DNA of 32,000 nucleotides from Halorhodospira halophila SL1 (GCF_000015585.1 NC_008789.1:900001-932000); one strand, 5' to 3'. Shown: positions 1 through 7,146, numbered from the stretch's first letter. Program-made: numbers and translations. The notes: generated by a model not told the origin, from the letters alone.

Positions 1-245
1 AAGCGCCGGGGGACCCGGGTGAAGGCCACGGCGATCACCGCGGCCAGGACCACAAAGAGCAGCGCCACGTCACGCAGCGCCGGCAGCGCCATGGCCTCGG
101 CGAGAAGCAGCAGCACGGCCACGGTGGTGGTGCCGAACAGCAGCGCGGCGAGCATACGATCGGCGGCCGTGGGGCCGCGGTGAACGCGCCACAGCCCGGC
201 GAGGAGATTGAGCAGCAGGAAGACGGCGAGGCCCAGGTCGAGCAT
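1..245 (-). CDS. mrpF: Na+/H+ antiporter (Mrp/Mnh/Pha) subunit F, partial (3' end runs off the window)
   Basis: Not in the ORF track because it has no stop. ATG at 245-243 translates by hand to MLDLGLAVFLLLNLLAGLWRVHRGPTAADRMLAALLFGTTTVAVLLLLAEAMALPALRDVALLFVVLAAVIAVAFTRVPRR. This is small, hydrophobic, and has the R..GPT..DR motif typical of MrpF/MnhF. It starts 17 nt after the mrpE stop. Confidence 0.7.
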   Translation of the reverse strand, partial: MLDLGLAVFLLLNLLAGLWRVHRGPTAADRMLAALLFGTTTVAVLLLLAEAMALPALRDVALLFVVLAAVIAVAFTRVPRR

Positions 246-261
246 CTGCACGGCGCTTACC

Positions 262-795
262 TCATGCGGCGGCACCGGAGGCGGTCCCACTGAGACCGTA
301 GACCGCGGCGACGCGGCGCTCCAGCGCCGCCACCTCGTCCTCGGCCTGCGGGGTGATGGCGTGGACGACGAGGATATCGCCGCGCAGATCCGCGGCCAAG
401 GTGCCGGGCAGCAGGCTCACCGCCGCCACCAGGGCGACCCGGGGCTCACCGCCGGGCAGGCTGACGGCGTAACGCAGCCAGTGGCAGTGGATGGGCATGC
501 GCGGGTGGACGGCGCGGTAGCCGACGTCCACGGCACCGATCAGCGAGCGGACCAGGAAGAAGCCGGCGAAGCGCAGCGCCGGCAGGGGGTACCAGGGGTG
601 GATGCGGCGGCCGGCGAAGTAGACGCCCACCCCGGCGGCGGCGAGCACCGTAGCCGCGCCGAGGACACCGCCGAAGGCGCCCTCGGCGAGGATCAGCCAC
701 AGCAGCAGCAGGACCGCCGCTGCCCGCAGGAAGCGCCCGAGCCATACCGCCGGGCCGGGGCGGAGACCGCGGTCTGGCGCCGCCCGCGGGGCCAT
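262..795 (-). CDS. mrpE: Na+/H+ antiporter (Mrp/Mnh/Pha) subunit E
   Basis: ORF 262..891 trimmed to the internal ATG at 795, since the longer form would overlap hemH. It has a hydrophobic N-terminus and an LLPGTL segment matching the conserved ITLTPGT motif of MnhE. Confidence 0.75.
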   Translation of the reverse strand: MAPRAAPDRGLRPGPAVWLGRFLRAAAVLLLLWLILAEGAFGGVLGAATVLAAAGVGVYFAGRRIHPWYPLPALRFAGFFLVRSLIGAVDVGYRAVHPRMPIHCHWLRYAVSLPGGEPRVALVAAVSLLPGTLAADLRGDILVVHAITPQAEDEVAALERRVAAVYGLSGTASGAAA

Positions 796-799
796 GGGG

Positions 800-1915
800 C
801 TAGCGCTCGGCGCCCTGCGCCCGGGCGCGCTCGGCGGTCTCGGCGCGGCGGCGCTGCTCGGCCTCCGGGTCGCGACCGCCGTCCACCTCACGCCACCCCT
901 GGCCGTGCTGGAGGACCAGCGCGGTCAGCGCCTCCAGGTGGTCGGGGCGGTCGTTGAGCGCCGGGATGTAGCGCAGGCGCTCACCACCGCTCTCCTCGAA
1001 GTACTCGCGATTCTCGCCGGCGATCTCCTCGAGGGTCTCCAGGCAGTCCGCCGAGAAACCGGGGCAGACCACGTCCAGGTGCTTGACGCCTTCCTGGGCC
1101 AGGCGGGTGACCGTCTCGTCGGTGTACGGCTTGAGCCACTCCTCGTTACCGAAGCGCGACTGGAAGGTGACGTCCCAGGTGCCGGGCTCCAGGCCCAGCT
1201 CCTCGGCCACCAGGCGCGAGGTCTTCAGGCACTGGCAGTGGTACGGGTCGCCATCGAGCAGGTAGCGCTCCGGTACGCCGTGGTAGGAGAAGAGCAGCCG
1301 CTCGCCACGGCCTTCGTGCTCCCAGTGCTCGCGGATGGAGCGGGCCAGCGCCTGGATGTAGACCGGCTCGTCGTGGTATTGACCCACCATGCGCAGCTCC
1401 GGCACCCAGCGCCAGCCCATCAGCTCGCGCGCCACGGCGTCGAAGGTGGAGCCGGTGGTGGAGGCGGAGTACTGCGGGTAGAGCGGCAGGACCAGGATCC
1501 GCCGCGCCCCGGACTCGCGCAGCCGGCGCAGGGCCGCCGGGATGGAGGGGTTGCCGTAGCGCATGCCCAGCTCCACGGCGAAGGGGCCGCGGTCGTTCAG
1601 CGCCTGCAGGCGCTGACGGATGCCCGCCGCCTGGCGCTGGCCGATGCTCAGCAGCGGCGAGCCGTCCTGCTCCCAGACCTCACTGTACGCGGCCGCGGAC
1701 TTCTTGGGCCGGGTACGCAGCACGATCCCGTAGAGGATCGGCCACCAGCGCCAGCGGGGGATCTCGATGACCCGCGGATCCGAGAGGAACTGGCGCAGAT
1801 AGCGGCGCAGGGCCGGTTCCGTCGGCTCATCCGGGGTGCCCAGGTTGGCGACCAGGACCCCCACGGCGGGCGCTTCATCGTGCTGGAACGTGCTCTTCGC
1901 GGAATACAGTTTCAT
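800..1915 (-). CDS. hemH: ferrochelatase
   Basis: 371-aa ORF with ATG start. Full-length resemblance to bacterial HemH (VLVANLGTPDEPT..LRRYLRQFLSDPRVIEIPR...LPLYPQYS...). Confidence 0.95.
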   Translation of the reverse strand: MKLYSAKSTFQHDEAPAVGVLVANLGTPDEPTEPALRRYLRQFLSDPRVIEIPRWRWWPILYGIVLRTRPKKSAAAYSEVWEQDGSPLLSIGQRQAAGIRQRLQALNDRGPFAVELGMRYGNPSIPAALRRLRESGARRILVLPLYPQYSASTTGSTFDAVARELMGWRWVPELRMVGQYHDEPVYIQALARSIREHWEHEGRGERLLFSYHGVPERYLLDGDPYHCQCLKTSRLVAEELGLEPGTWDVTFQSRFGNEEWLKPYTDETVTRLAQEGVKHLDVVCPGFSADCLETLEEIAGENREYFEESGGERLRYIPALNDRPDHLEALTALVLQHGQGWREVDGGRDPEAEQRRRAETAERARAQGAER

Positions 1916-2094
1916 AGGGTCCGGAGCATATCAGGAGCAACCTTGCGTTGGGGAGTTCAGCGGCGGCTGACGACGGGCAGAGGGCCTTATGGTGTGCATA
2001 TCTGTCATCGATAGCCGGGGATCCGAGGCTGACCCGGGCACCGCTGGCCGGGTAGACTGCGCGACACACGTTTGCAACCGGCTGGATCAAGGCA

Positions 2095-2547
2095 ATGAGC
2101 AACAAGACCCGTGTACTCTTCCTGTCCAACGGCAACGCCTGCCGCTCGCAGATGGCCGAGGGCTTCGCCGAGAACCTCGCCGGCCACCTCATCGAGCCCT
2201 GCTCGGCGGGGATCGCCCCGGCGCAGGAGCTCGACGCGCGGGCGGCCAAGGTGATGAGCGAGGACTGGACCGATATCTCGTCGAAGGCGCCGAAGGCGCT
2301 GGATCCGGCGCTGCTCGAGCAGGTGGACATGGTGGTCACCCTCACCGAGGAGGCGCGGGAGGCCTGCCCGGCGCTGCCCGACGGGGTGGAGCACCGCCAC
2401 TGGCCCACCGCGGACCCGGCCCAGGCCGCCAGCGACGACGATGCCAAGTCGATGGCCGCGTACCGCGACGCCCAGGACGAGATCAAGGAGAACATCCTCT
2501 TCCTGCTCAACGACGTCCGCGGCGGCATCGACGAGTTCGAGATCTGA
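2095..2547 (+). CDS. ArsC / low-molecular-weight phosphotyrosine phosphatase fold protein with a degenerate catalytic cysteine set
   Basis: 150 aa. VLFLSNGNACRSQMAEGF aligns to the ICTGNSCRSQMAEGW P-loop of thioredoxin-coupled ArsC. VVTLTEEAREACP aligns to VVTLC..(D)..CP. HWPTADP aligns to HW.FDDP. Confidence 0.8.
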   Translation: MSNKTRVLFLSNGNACRSQMAEGFAENLAGHLIEPCSAGIAPAQELDARAAKVMSEDWTDISSKAPKALDPALLEQVDMVVTLTEEAREACPALPDGVEHRHWPTADPAQAASDDDAKSMAAYRDAQDEIKENILFLLNDVRGGIDEFEI

Positions 2548-2563
2548 ACCCGTCCCCCGGCGT

Positions 2564-2604
2564 GGGAGGCGCTCAGCCGTCCTGCAGACGGCTGAGCGCC
2601 TCCC
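2564..2604. terminator. perfect 18-bp-stem / 5-nt-loop hairpin between convergent genes (candidate bidirectional terminator)
   Basis: GGGAGGCGCTCAGCCGTC (2564-2581), loop CTGCA, GACGGCTGAGCGCCTCCC (2587-2604). It begins 17 nt after the plus-strand gene's stop and contains the last 10 codons and the stop of the minus-strand M48 gene. No U-tract on either side. Confidence 0.55.
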
Positions 2605-3871
2605 GCGCCCGCTCCCCGAAGAAGCCTTCCGCACTGGCCGCCTTCTCGTAGTGGCCGATGGCGTCCGCCCGGGCGCCGTCGGCCTCGGCCAGCTGGCCCA
2701 GGGCCAGGTGGGCGGGCGCGGTGGGCAGCAGGCTGGCCGAGCGCTCCAGGTCCGTGCGGGCGCGCTCGTCGTCGCCGCGGGCCCGGTGCAGCAGGCCGCG
2801 GTCGAGGTGGTAGCTGAAGTAGCCGTCGTTGCGCTCAATGGCGGCATCCAGGGCGGCGATGGCCGATGCCTCCTCGCCCATGCGGGCCAGGGCCTGGCCG
2901 CGGACGGCGTGGAAGGCGGCCTCCTCGGGATAGGCGTCGATGGCCGCGTCGGCCAGCTCCAGGGCCCGCTCGGGCTCCTTGGCGCGTAGCGCCTGCTGCG
3001 CCTCATCCAGCTGGGCGTAGGCCTCCCGGTTCTCCTCCAGGACCCGCATGTGCCGGGCGTAGCGTTCCTCGCCCAGGGTCCAGTCTTCGCCGCCGAGCTC
3101 CTCGCGCAGGGTCTGGGCGGTCTCGCGGTTGGCGCGCACGCGCTCCCGGGACGGCGGGTGGCTGGCGAACAGCCCCTCGAGCCAGCTCGACTCCCCGCCC
3201 CCGGCCAGGCGCACGAACTTCTCCTGCAGGGTGACGGCGGCCTCGGGGTCGTAGCCGGCCTGGGCCATGTAGCGGGTGCCGTAGTCGTCCGCCTCTAGCT
3301 CCGCCTGCCGCGAGTAGCGCTGACTGATCAAGCCCACACCGACGCTGGCCCCGGCCACCAGCAGTCCGGAGAGCTGGTGGTCCTGGGTGGCCAGGCCGAC
3401 GGTGGCCACCCCGGCCTGCATCATCATCCCGCGCTCGACGCGCTGGGCGCCGTGGCGGGCGGCGGAGTGGACGATCTCGTGGCCAAGCACCGCGGCCAGC
3501 TCGGCCTCATTCTCCATCTCGGTGAGCAGGCCACGGTTGATGGCGATCTTACCGCCGGGCAGGGCCCAGGCGTTGGGGGTGCCGTCGTTGAGCACCACGA
3601 ACTCGTAGGGCAGCCCCGGGCGGTGGCTCTCGGCGGCCACCCGCTGGCCGACCTCATCGACGTAGGCGACCAGGTCCGGGTCGGCGTTGTAGCGTCCGCC
3701 CATGCTCTGCAGGGTGGGCTCGTAGTGCTGCTCGCCCATGGCGACCTCCTCGCCCTCGGAGATCAGCCGCAGTTCCCGCTCGCCGGTGACCGGGTTGGTG
3801 GCGCAGCTAGCCACGCTCAGCGCCAATAGCACCGCCGGGATCAGCCATTGAAACGCCCGTCTGCCGTCCAT
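2573..3871 (-). CDS. M48-family zinc metallopeptidase with C-terminal TPR repeats, predicted lipoprotein
   Basis: HEIVH (HExxH) motif. Signal peptide plus lipobox LSVASC. The C-terminal half is TPR-like (repeated A..A...G/Y helices). Start trimmed to ATG 3871, preceded by GGAGGCGAAGGG. The longer ORF start at 3934 would overlap the prmB stop. Confidence 0.85.
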   Translation of the reverse strand: MDGRRAFQWLIPAVLLALSVASCATNPVTGERELRLISEGEEVAMGEQHYEPTLQSMGGRYNADPDLVAYVDEVGQRVAAESHRPGLPYEFVVLNDGTPNAWALPGGKIAINRGLLTEMENEAELAAVLGHEIVHSAARHGAQRVERGMMMQAGVATVGLATQDHQLSGLLVAGASVGVGLISQRYSRQAELEADDYGTRYMAQAGYDPEAAVTLQEKFVRLAGGGESSWLEGLFASHPPSRERVRANRETAQTLREELGGEDWTLGEERYARHMRVLEENREAYAQLDEAQQALRAKEPERALELADAAIDAYPEEAAFHAVRGQALARMGEEASAIAALDAAIERNDGYFSYHLDRGLLHRARGDDERARTDLERSASLLPTAPAHLALGQLAEADGARADAIGHYEKAASAEGFFGERAREALSRLQDG

Positions 3872-3923
3872 CCCTTCGCCTCCGCCCGTGCCGGGCTCCT
3901 TTGCCGATGTCATCCGTCTTCGA

Positions 3924-4844
3924 CTATAGCGCACCCGCGGCCTGCGCCTCGCGCAGCTGCTCGGCGGTGATGAGGAAGACGCCGAAGCCGCCGCGCTCGA
4001 GCTCCACCCAGGTCAGCGGCAGGTGGCCGAAGGCCTCCGCCACGGCGTCCTCGGAGTCGCCCACCTCGACCACCAACAGGCCGTCGTCGGTGAGCCGCTC
4101 GGGGGCGCCGCGCAGGATGCGGCGCACCACATCCAGGCCGTCCTCGCCGGCCGCCAGGGCGTGGCGCGGCTCGTGGCGATACTCCGGGGGCAGCGCGGCC
4201 ATGGCCGCGGCATCCACGTAGGGCGGGTTGGTGACGATGATCTGGTAGCGCCGCTGCGGCAGCCCCTCGTAGACGTCGGCGCGGATCAGGGCGATGCGCT
4301 CCTCCAGGTCGTGGCGGTGGACGTTGACCGCGGCCACCTCGAGGGCGTCGTCGTCGATGTCGGTGGCGTCGACGGCGGCTCCCGGGAAGGCGTAGGCGCA
4401 GGCGACGGCGATGCACCCGGAGCCGGTGCCGATCTCCAGGACCCGCTCCACGGCGTCGGGGTCCACCCAGGGCTGGAAGCCGCGCTCGATGAGCTCGGCC
4501 ACCGGCGAGCGGGGGACCAGCACGCGCTGGTCGATGTAGAACGGCAGCCCGGCGAAGAAGGTCTCGTGGGTGATGTAGGGCAACGGCAGGCGCTCTTCGA
4601 TGCGCCGGCGCACCCGGGCCATGACCGCCTCGCGCTCACTCCGGGTCAGCCGCGCGCCCCAGTAGAGGTCGGGCAGATCCGCCGGCAGGTGCAGGGCGTG
4701 CAGGGCCAGAGCGGCGGCCTCGTCGATGGCGTTGTCGGTGCCGTGGCCGTAGACCAGGCCGGCCTCGTTGAAGCGGCTGGCGGCGTAGCGGACGATGTCG
4801 CGCAGGGTCTCGAGGTCTTCGGGGGCGTGGTCGATGGGCTCCAC
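3924..4844 (-). CDS. prmB: 50S ribosomal protein L3 N5-glutamine methyltransferase
   Basis: Collinear with E. coli PrmB (YGHGTDN..., VLVPRSP, GTGSGCIAVACAYAFP, TNPPYV, EYRHEP). Start set to GTG 4844, preceded by GGGAGGAG, giving 306 aa against 310 aa for the E. coli protein. The 77-codon upstream extension of the ORF shows no homology. Confidence 0.9.
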   Translation of the reverse strand: MEPIDHAPEDLETLRDIVRYAASRFNEAGLVYGHGTDNAIDEAAALALHALHLPADLPDLYWGARLTRSEREAVMARVRRRIEERLPLPYITHETFFAGLPFYIDQRVLVPRSPVAELIERGFQPWVDPDAVERVLEIGTGSGCIAVACAYAFPGAAVDATDIDDDALEVAAVNVHRHDLEERIALIRADVYEGLPQRRYQIIVTNPPYVDAAAMAALPPEYRHEPRHALAAGEDGLDVVRRILRGAPERLTDDGLLVVEVGDSEDAVAEAFGHLPLTWVELERGGFGVFLITAEQLREAQAAGAL

Positions 4845-4971
4845 GGTGTGTGCTCCTCCCTTGGCGATTTCGCTTCGGTTATGATGGCCGGTTACGGTGC
4901 CACTGCCCAGCGATCGATGCACGTACCGCAGTACGCTGGGCCGGATTGTTACGTTGGACTCTGGAGCGCCC

Positions 4972-5676
4972 ATGCCGGCCAACCGTCCGCAACGAACCAC
5001 CCGCCCCCTGTTCGGGGCCCTGCTGGCCATCGCTTCGGTGCTGGCGGCGGTGATCGGGGTCGGCCTCGCCGTCACGGCCCTGCGCCCGGATCCGGGGATA
5101 CCGGATATCCAGGGGACCTACCTGGAGGATGGCCGGCCCATTGCCGATTTTGCGCTCCAGGATCAGGACGGCAAACGCTTTACGCCCACCGAGCTCCACG
5201 GCAAGTGGACGGTGCTGACCTTCGGCCACACCGAGTGTCCCACCACCTGGGAGAACCTGGCGCTGCTGCACAGCGCCCGCGAACAGCTGGGGCAGACGCG
5301 CATGAGCACTCGGCTGCAGGTGGCGCTGGTCAGCGTCAGTCCCGACGACGGCCCCGAGGAGCTGGCGGACTACGTGGGCCGCTACCCGGCCGCTTTCCAG
5401 GGAGCCAGCGGGCCGGTGGAGCGGGTGCGCGAGCTGGCCGGCAGCGTCGGGGTGCGCTACGTGGAGCCCAATGGCGGCAATGTGGAGGACGGTTTCCACA
5501 TCCAGCCGGAGGGGGCGCTGCTGGTGATCAACCCCCACGGCAAGATGATCGCCCTGCTGATGCCGCCCCACCACCCGGAGCTGATCGCCCGCGATCTGTT
5601 CCGGCTGATGGAGCGCGAGCGCGGCGGCTTCCTGCGCAACCTGCTCGAGCGGGTCCGGGAGCGGGTGCGCGAATGA
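4972..5676 (+). CDS. SCO1/SenC-family thioredoxin-fold protein (putative copper chaperone) with an atypical metal motif
   Basis: N-terminal membrane anchor. GKWTVLTFGHTECPTTW aligns to GKw.l.FGyThCPDVCPttl. A later FHIQPEGALLVINPHG aligns to dHs..iyLidp.G. Start trimmed to ATG 4972 with GGAG 7 nt upstream. The stop overlaps the psd ATG (ATGA). Confidence 0.8.
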   Translation: MPANRPQRTTRPLFGALLAIASVLAAVIGVGLAVTALRPDPGIPDIQGTYLEDGRPIADFALQDQDGKRFTPTELHGKWTVLTFGHTECPTTWENLALLHSAREQLGQTRMSTRLQVALVSVSPDDGPEELADYVGRYPAAFQGASGPVERVRELAGSVGVRYVEPNGGNVEDGFHIQPEGALLVINPHGKMIALLMPPHHPELIARDLFRLMERERGGFLRNLLERVRERVRE

Positions 5677-6551
5677 ATACCGAATCCGCAGCCAGTACCG
5701 CGGACCGGCTGCGCGCCGCCGTCCATTGGCTGCTGCCCACCCGCCTGCTCTCGCGGCTGACCTGGCATGTGGCCCGCTCGCCGCGGCCTTGGCTGAAGAA
5801 CCGTCTGAACCGTTTCCTGGTCCGGCGCTACGGCCTGGATCTGAGCGAGGCGGAGCATTCCGACCCGACCGCCTACCCCACCTTTTATGCTCTGTTCACC
5901 CGGGCGCTGCGCCCGGGGGCGCGGCCCCTGCCGGAGGATCCGCAGGCGCTGATCAGTCCCTGCGACGGGACGGTGAGCGCGGTGGGCCATCTGCACGGTG
6001 AGCGGCTGATCCAGGCCAAGGGGATCGAGTATTCGCTGAGGGGGTTGCTCCATGGGCTGGATCCGGCCCCGTTCCGCGATGGGGCGTTTGTGACGATCTA
6101 TCTGTCGCCGCGGGATTATCACCGGTTCCATGCGCCGGTGGCGGGGCGTCTGCAGGCGGAGCGGCATGTGCCGGGCCGTTTGCTGACGGTGGCGCCGTCG
6201 GCGGTGCGGGCGATCCGTGGGTTGTTCTTGCGCAATGAGCGGCATGTGACGTTGTGGGAGACGGTGGTGGGGCTGGTGGCGGTGGTCCCGGTGGGTGCGG
6301 TGAATGTGGGGAGTATTGAGACGGTCTGGGGCGGTCCGGTGGGGGAGGCGCCGGGGCTGAGTCGGGATTTCGGCCCTGGTGAGGGGGTGTTCCTGGGCCG
6401 TGGTGAGGAGTTGGGGCGTTTCAATCTGGGGTCGACGGTGGTGGTGGTGTTGCCGGCGGGGGTGGTCCGTTGGGCGGATGGTTTGGTGGCGGGGCGGCCG
6501 GTGCGGATGGGGGAGGTGTTGGGGCGGCTTCGCCGCGCTGACGCTCGCTGA
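5673..6551 (+). CDS. psd: phosphatidylserine decarboxylase proenzyme
   Basis: C-terminal 292 aa of the 842-aa ORF 4023..6551. Contains YLSPRDYHRFHAP, FLRNER, VGAVNVGSI and the LGST self-cleavage motif. The ATG at 5673 overlaps the preceding stop. Confidence 0.92.
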   Translation: MNTESAASTADRLRAAVHWLLPTRLLSRLTWHVARSPRPWLKNRLNRFLVRRYGLDLSEAEHSDPTAYPTFYALFTRALRPGARPLPEDPQALISPCDGTVSAVGHLHGERLIQAKGIEYSLRGLLHGLDPAPFRDGAFVTIYLSPRDYHRFHAPVAGRLQAERHVPGRLLTVAPSAVRAIRGLFLRNERHVTLWETVVGLVAVVPVGAVNVGSIETVWGGPVGEAPGLSRDFGPGEGVFLGRGEELGRFNLGSTVVVVLPAGVVRWADGLVAGRPVRMGEVLGRLRRADAR

Positions 6552-6625
6552 TCAGCGCGAACCGGCAAAGGTTCGCGCTGAACCCTCGCCGGACCTGCGG
6601 TGCTCAGCGCGCTCTAAAGGCCGCC
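6524..6625 (+). repeat. left copy of inverted repeat (30-bp block + 43-bp block, split by a ~30-nt hairpin insertion)
   Basis: 6524-6553 GCGGCTTCGCCGCGCTGACGCTCGCTGATC and 6583-6625 CCCTCGCCGGACCTGCGGTGCTCAGCGCGCTCTAAAGGCCGCC are exact reverse complements of 7304-7333 and 7262-7304. Confidence 0.9.
6554..6579 (+). terminator. 10-bp-stem hairpin directly after the psd stop (candidate psd terminator or REP-like hairpin)
   Basis: AGCGCGAACC GGCAAA GGTTCGCGCT, located 3 nt after the psd TGA and present only in the left repeat copy. No trailing T-run. Confidence 0.4.
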
Positions 6626-6652
6626 GTCGGGGAACGGCCACCCGCCCCCCTG
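6619..6652 (+). repeat. GGGGAAC-core short repeat, copy 1
   Basis: GGCCGCCGTCGGGGAACGGCCACCCGCCCCCCTG. About 25 of its first 30 nt are identical to 7401-7432, and it resembles the reverse complement of 7205-7238. Confidence 0.55.
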
Positions 6653-6723
6653 ATCCGCCCGCAGGCGAGCAATCGTGGGTCAGAGAAACTCGGCAAAAAC
6701 CGCCTGGAGGGCTCGCAGGTCGC

Positions 6724-7146
6724 CTAGGTGATGCTGGCACCACGCTGAAGCCTCCGTTTCAAGGCGGCCCGCTGGACCTGCAGATAAGGTTCCCAGTCCC
6801 AGTACTCCCGGACCACGCGGGAGAAGTAGGTACCGCGCTGAAAATCGGGCCGCGCATAGATCAGGCAATTGTGGCGGATGGCTTCGAACTGGAGGGCCGG
6901 ATCCGCGCTATCCAGGAGCACCAGATCGATGCGCTCCAGCCCGGCTCGGGTCAGCTCCGCCAGCAGGTCGAGACGCTGCGCTGCAAGGCGCTCGGGCGGC
7001 CCGACGAGACCTAGATCGACATCACTGTCGGCGCGCGCGCGCCCCGTGACGTGGGATCCGAACAGAAAGGCGGCCTGCACGTCCGGGAAGGCCTTGAGGA
7101 CGGGCTCGACAGTCTGCTGGATGGCCTCAACGCGGTCTCTCGTCAT
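6724..7146 (-). CDS. Pol-beta-superfamily nucleotidyltransferase, MNT/MntA-like (type VII antitoxin-like), without a HEPN partner
   Basis: FLFGSHVTGRARADSDVDLGLV matches the G[GS]x9-13D.D minimal nucleotidyltransferase motif. About 140 aa, as for MntA. Start set to ATG 7146 (the longer ORF starts at TTG 7182). No obvious SD. Confidence 0.8.
   Translation of the reverse strand: MTRDRVEAIQQTVEPVLKAFPDVQAAFLFGSHVTGRARADSDVDLGLVGPPERLAAQRLDLLAELTRAGLERIDLVLLDSADPALQFEAIRHNCLIYARPDFQRGTYFSRVVREYWDWEPYLQVQRAALKRRLQRGASIT

Noticed and set aside
794-2014. 406-aa plus-strand ORF and other overlapping ORFs in 200-3000
   Set aside because: They are antisense to or overlapping hemH, mrpE and the M48 gene. 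They are Arg/Gly/Ala/Pro-rich with no motifs, while the opposite-strand proteins are clearly conserved.
1916-2094. Divergent promoter or operator between hemH and the ArsC-like gene
   Set aside because: I found only weak sigma70-like hexamers (TAGACT at about 2053, TTGCAA at about 2072) with poor spacing. There is a short ATCGAT-centred partial palindrome, but no convincing ArsR-type operator. This is not enough to annotate.
3872-3934. Longer start (3934) for the M48 peptidase
   Set aside because: It would overlap the prmB stop and add 21 non-homologous residues ahead of the signal peptide. ATG 3871 has a strong GGAGG SD and yields a normal lipoprotein signal sequence.
4845-4971. Promoter between divergent prmB and the SCO gene (TATGAT at 4880-4885)
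   Set aside because: The only -35-like hexamer (TTGGCG, 4861-4866) is 13 nt away, outside the normal 16-18 nt spacing. This is too weak to call.
4023-5672. N-terminal 550 residues of the 842-aa ORF ending in psd
   Set aside because: This part is antisense to prmB and out of frame across the SCO gene, with no homology. Psd homology begins at the ATG at 5673, which overlaps the SCO stop.
6552-6723. Possible truncated HepT/HEPN remnant downstream of the MNT stop
   Set aside because: The three minus-strand frames give only short, repeat-derived peptides (for example ..HHLGDLRALQAVFAEFL stop). None has a start codon near the MNT stop, and none has an Rx4-6H motif.
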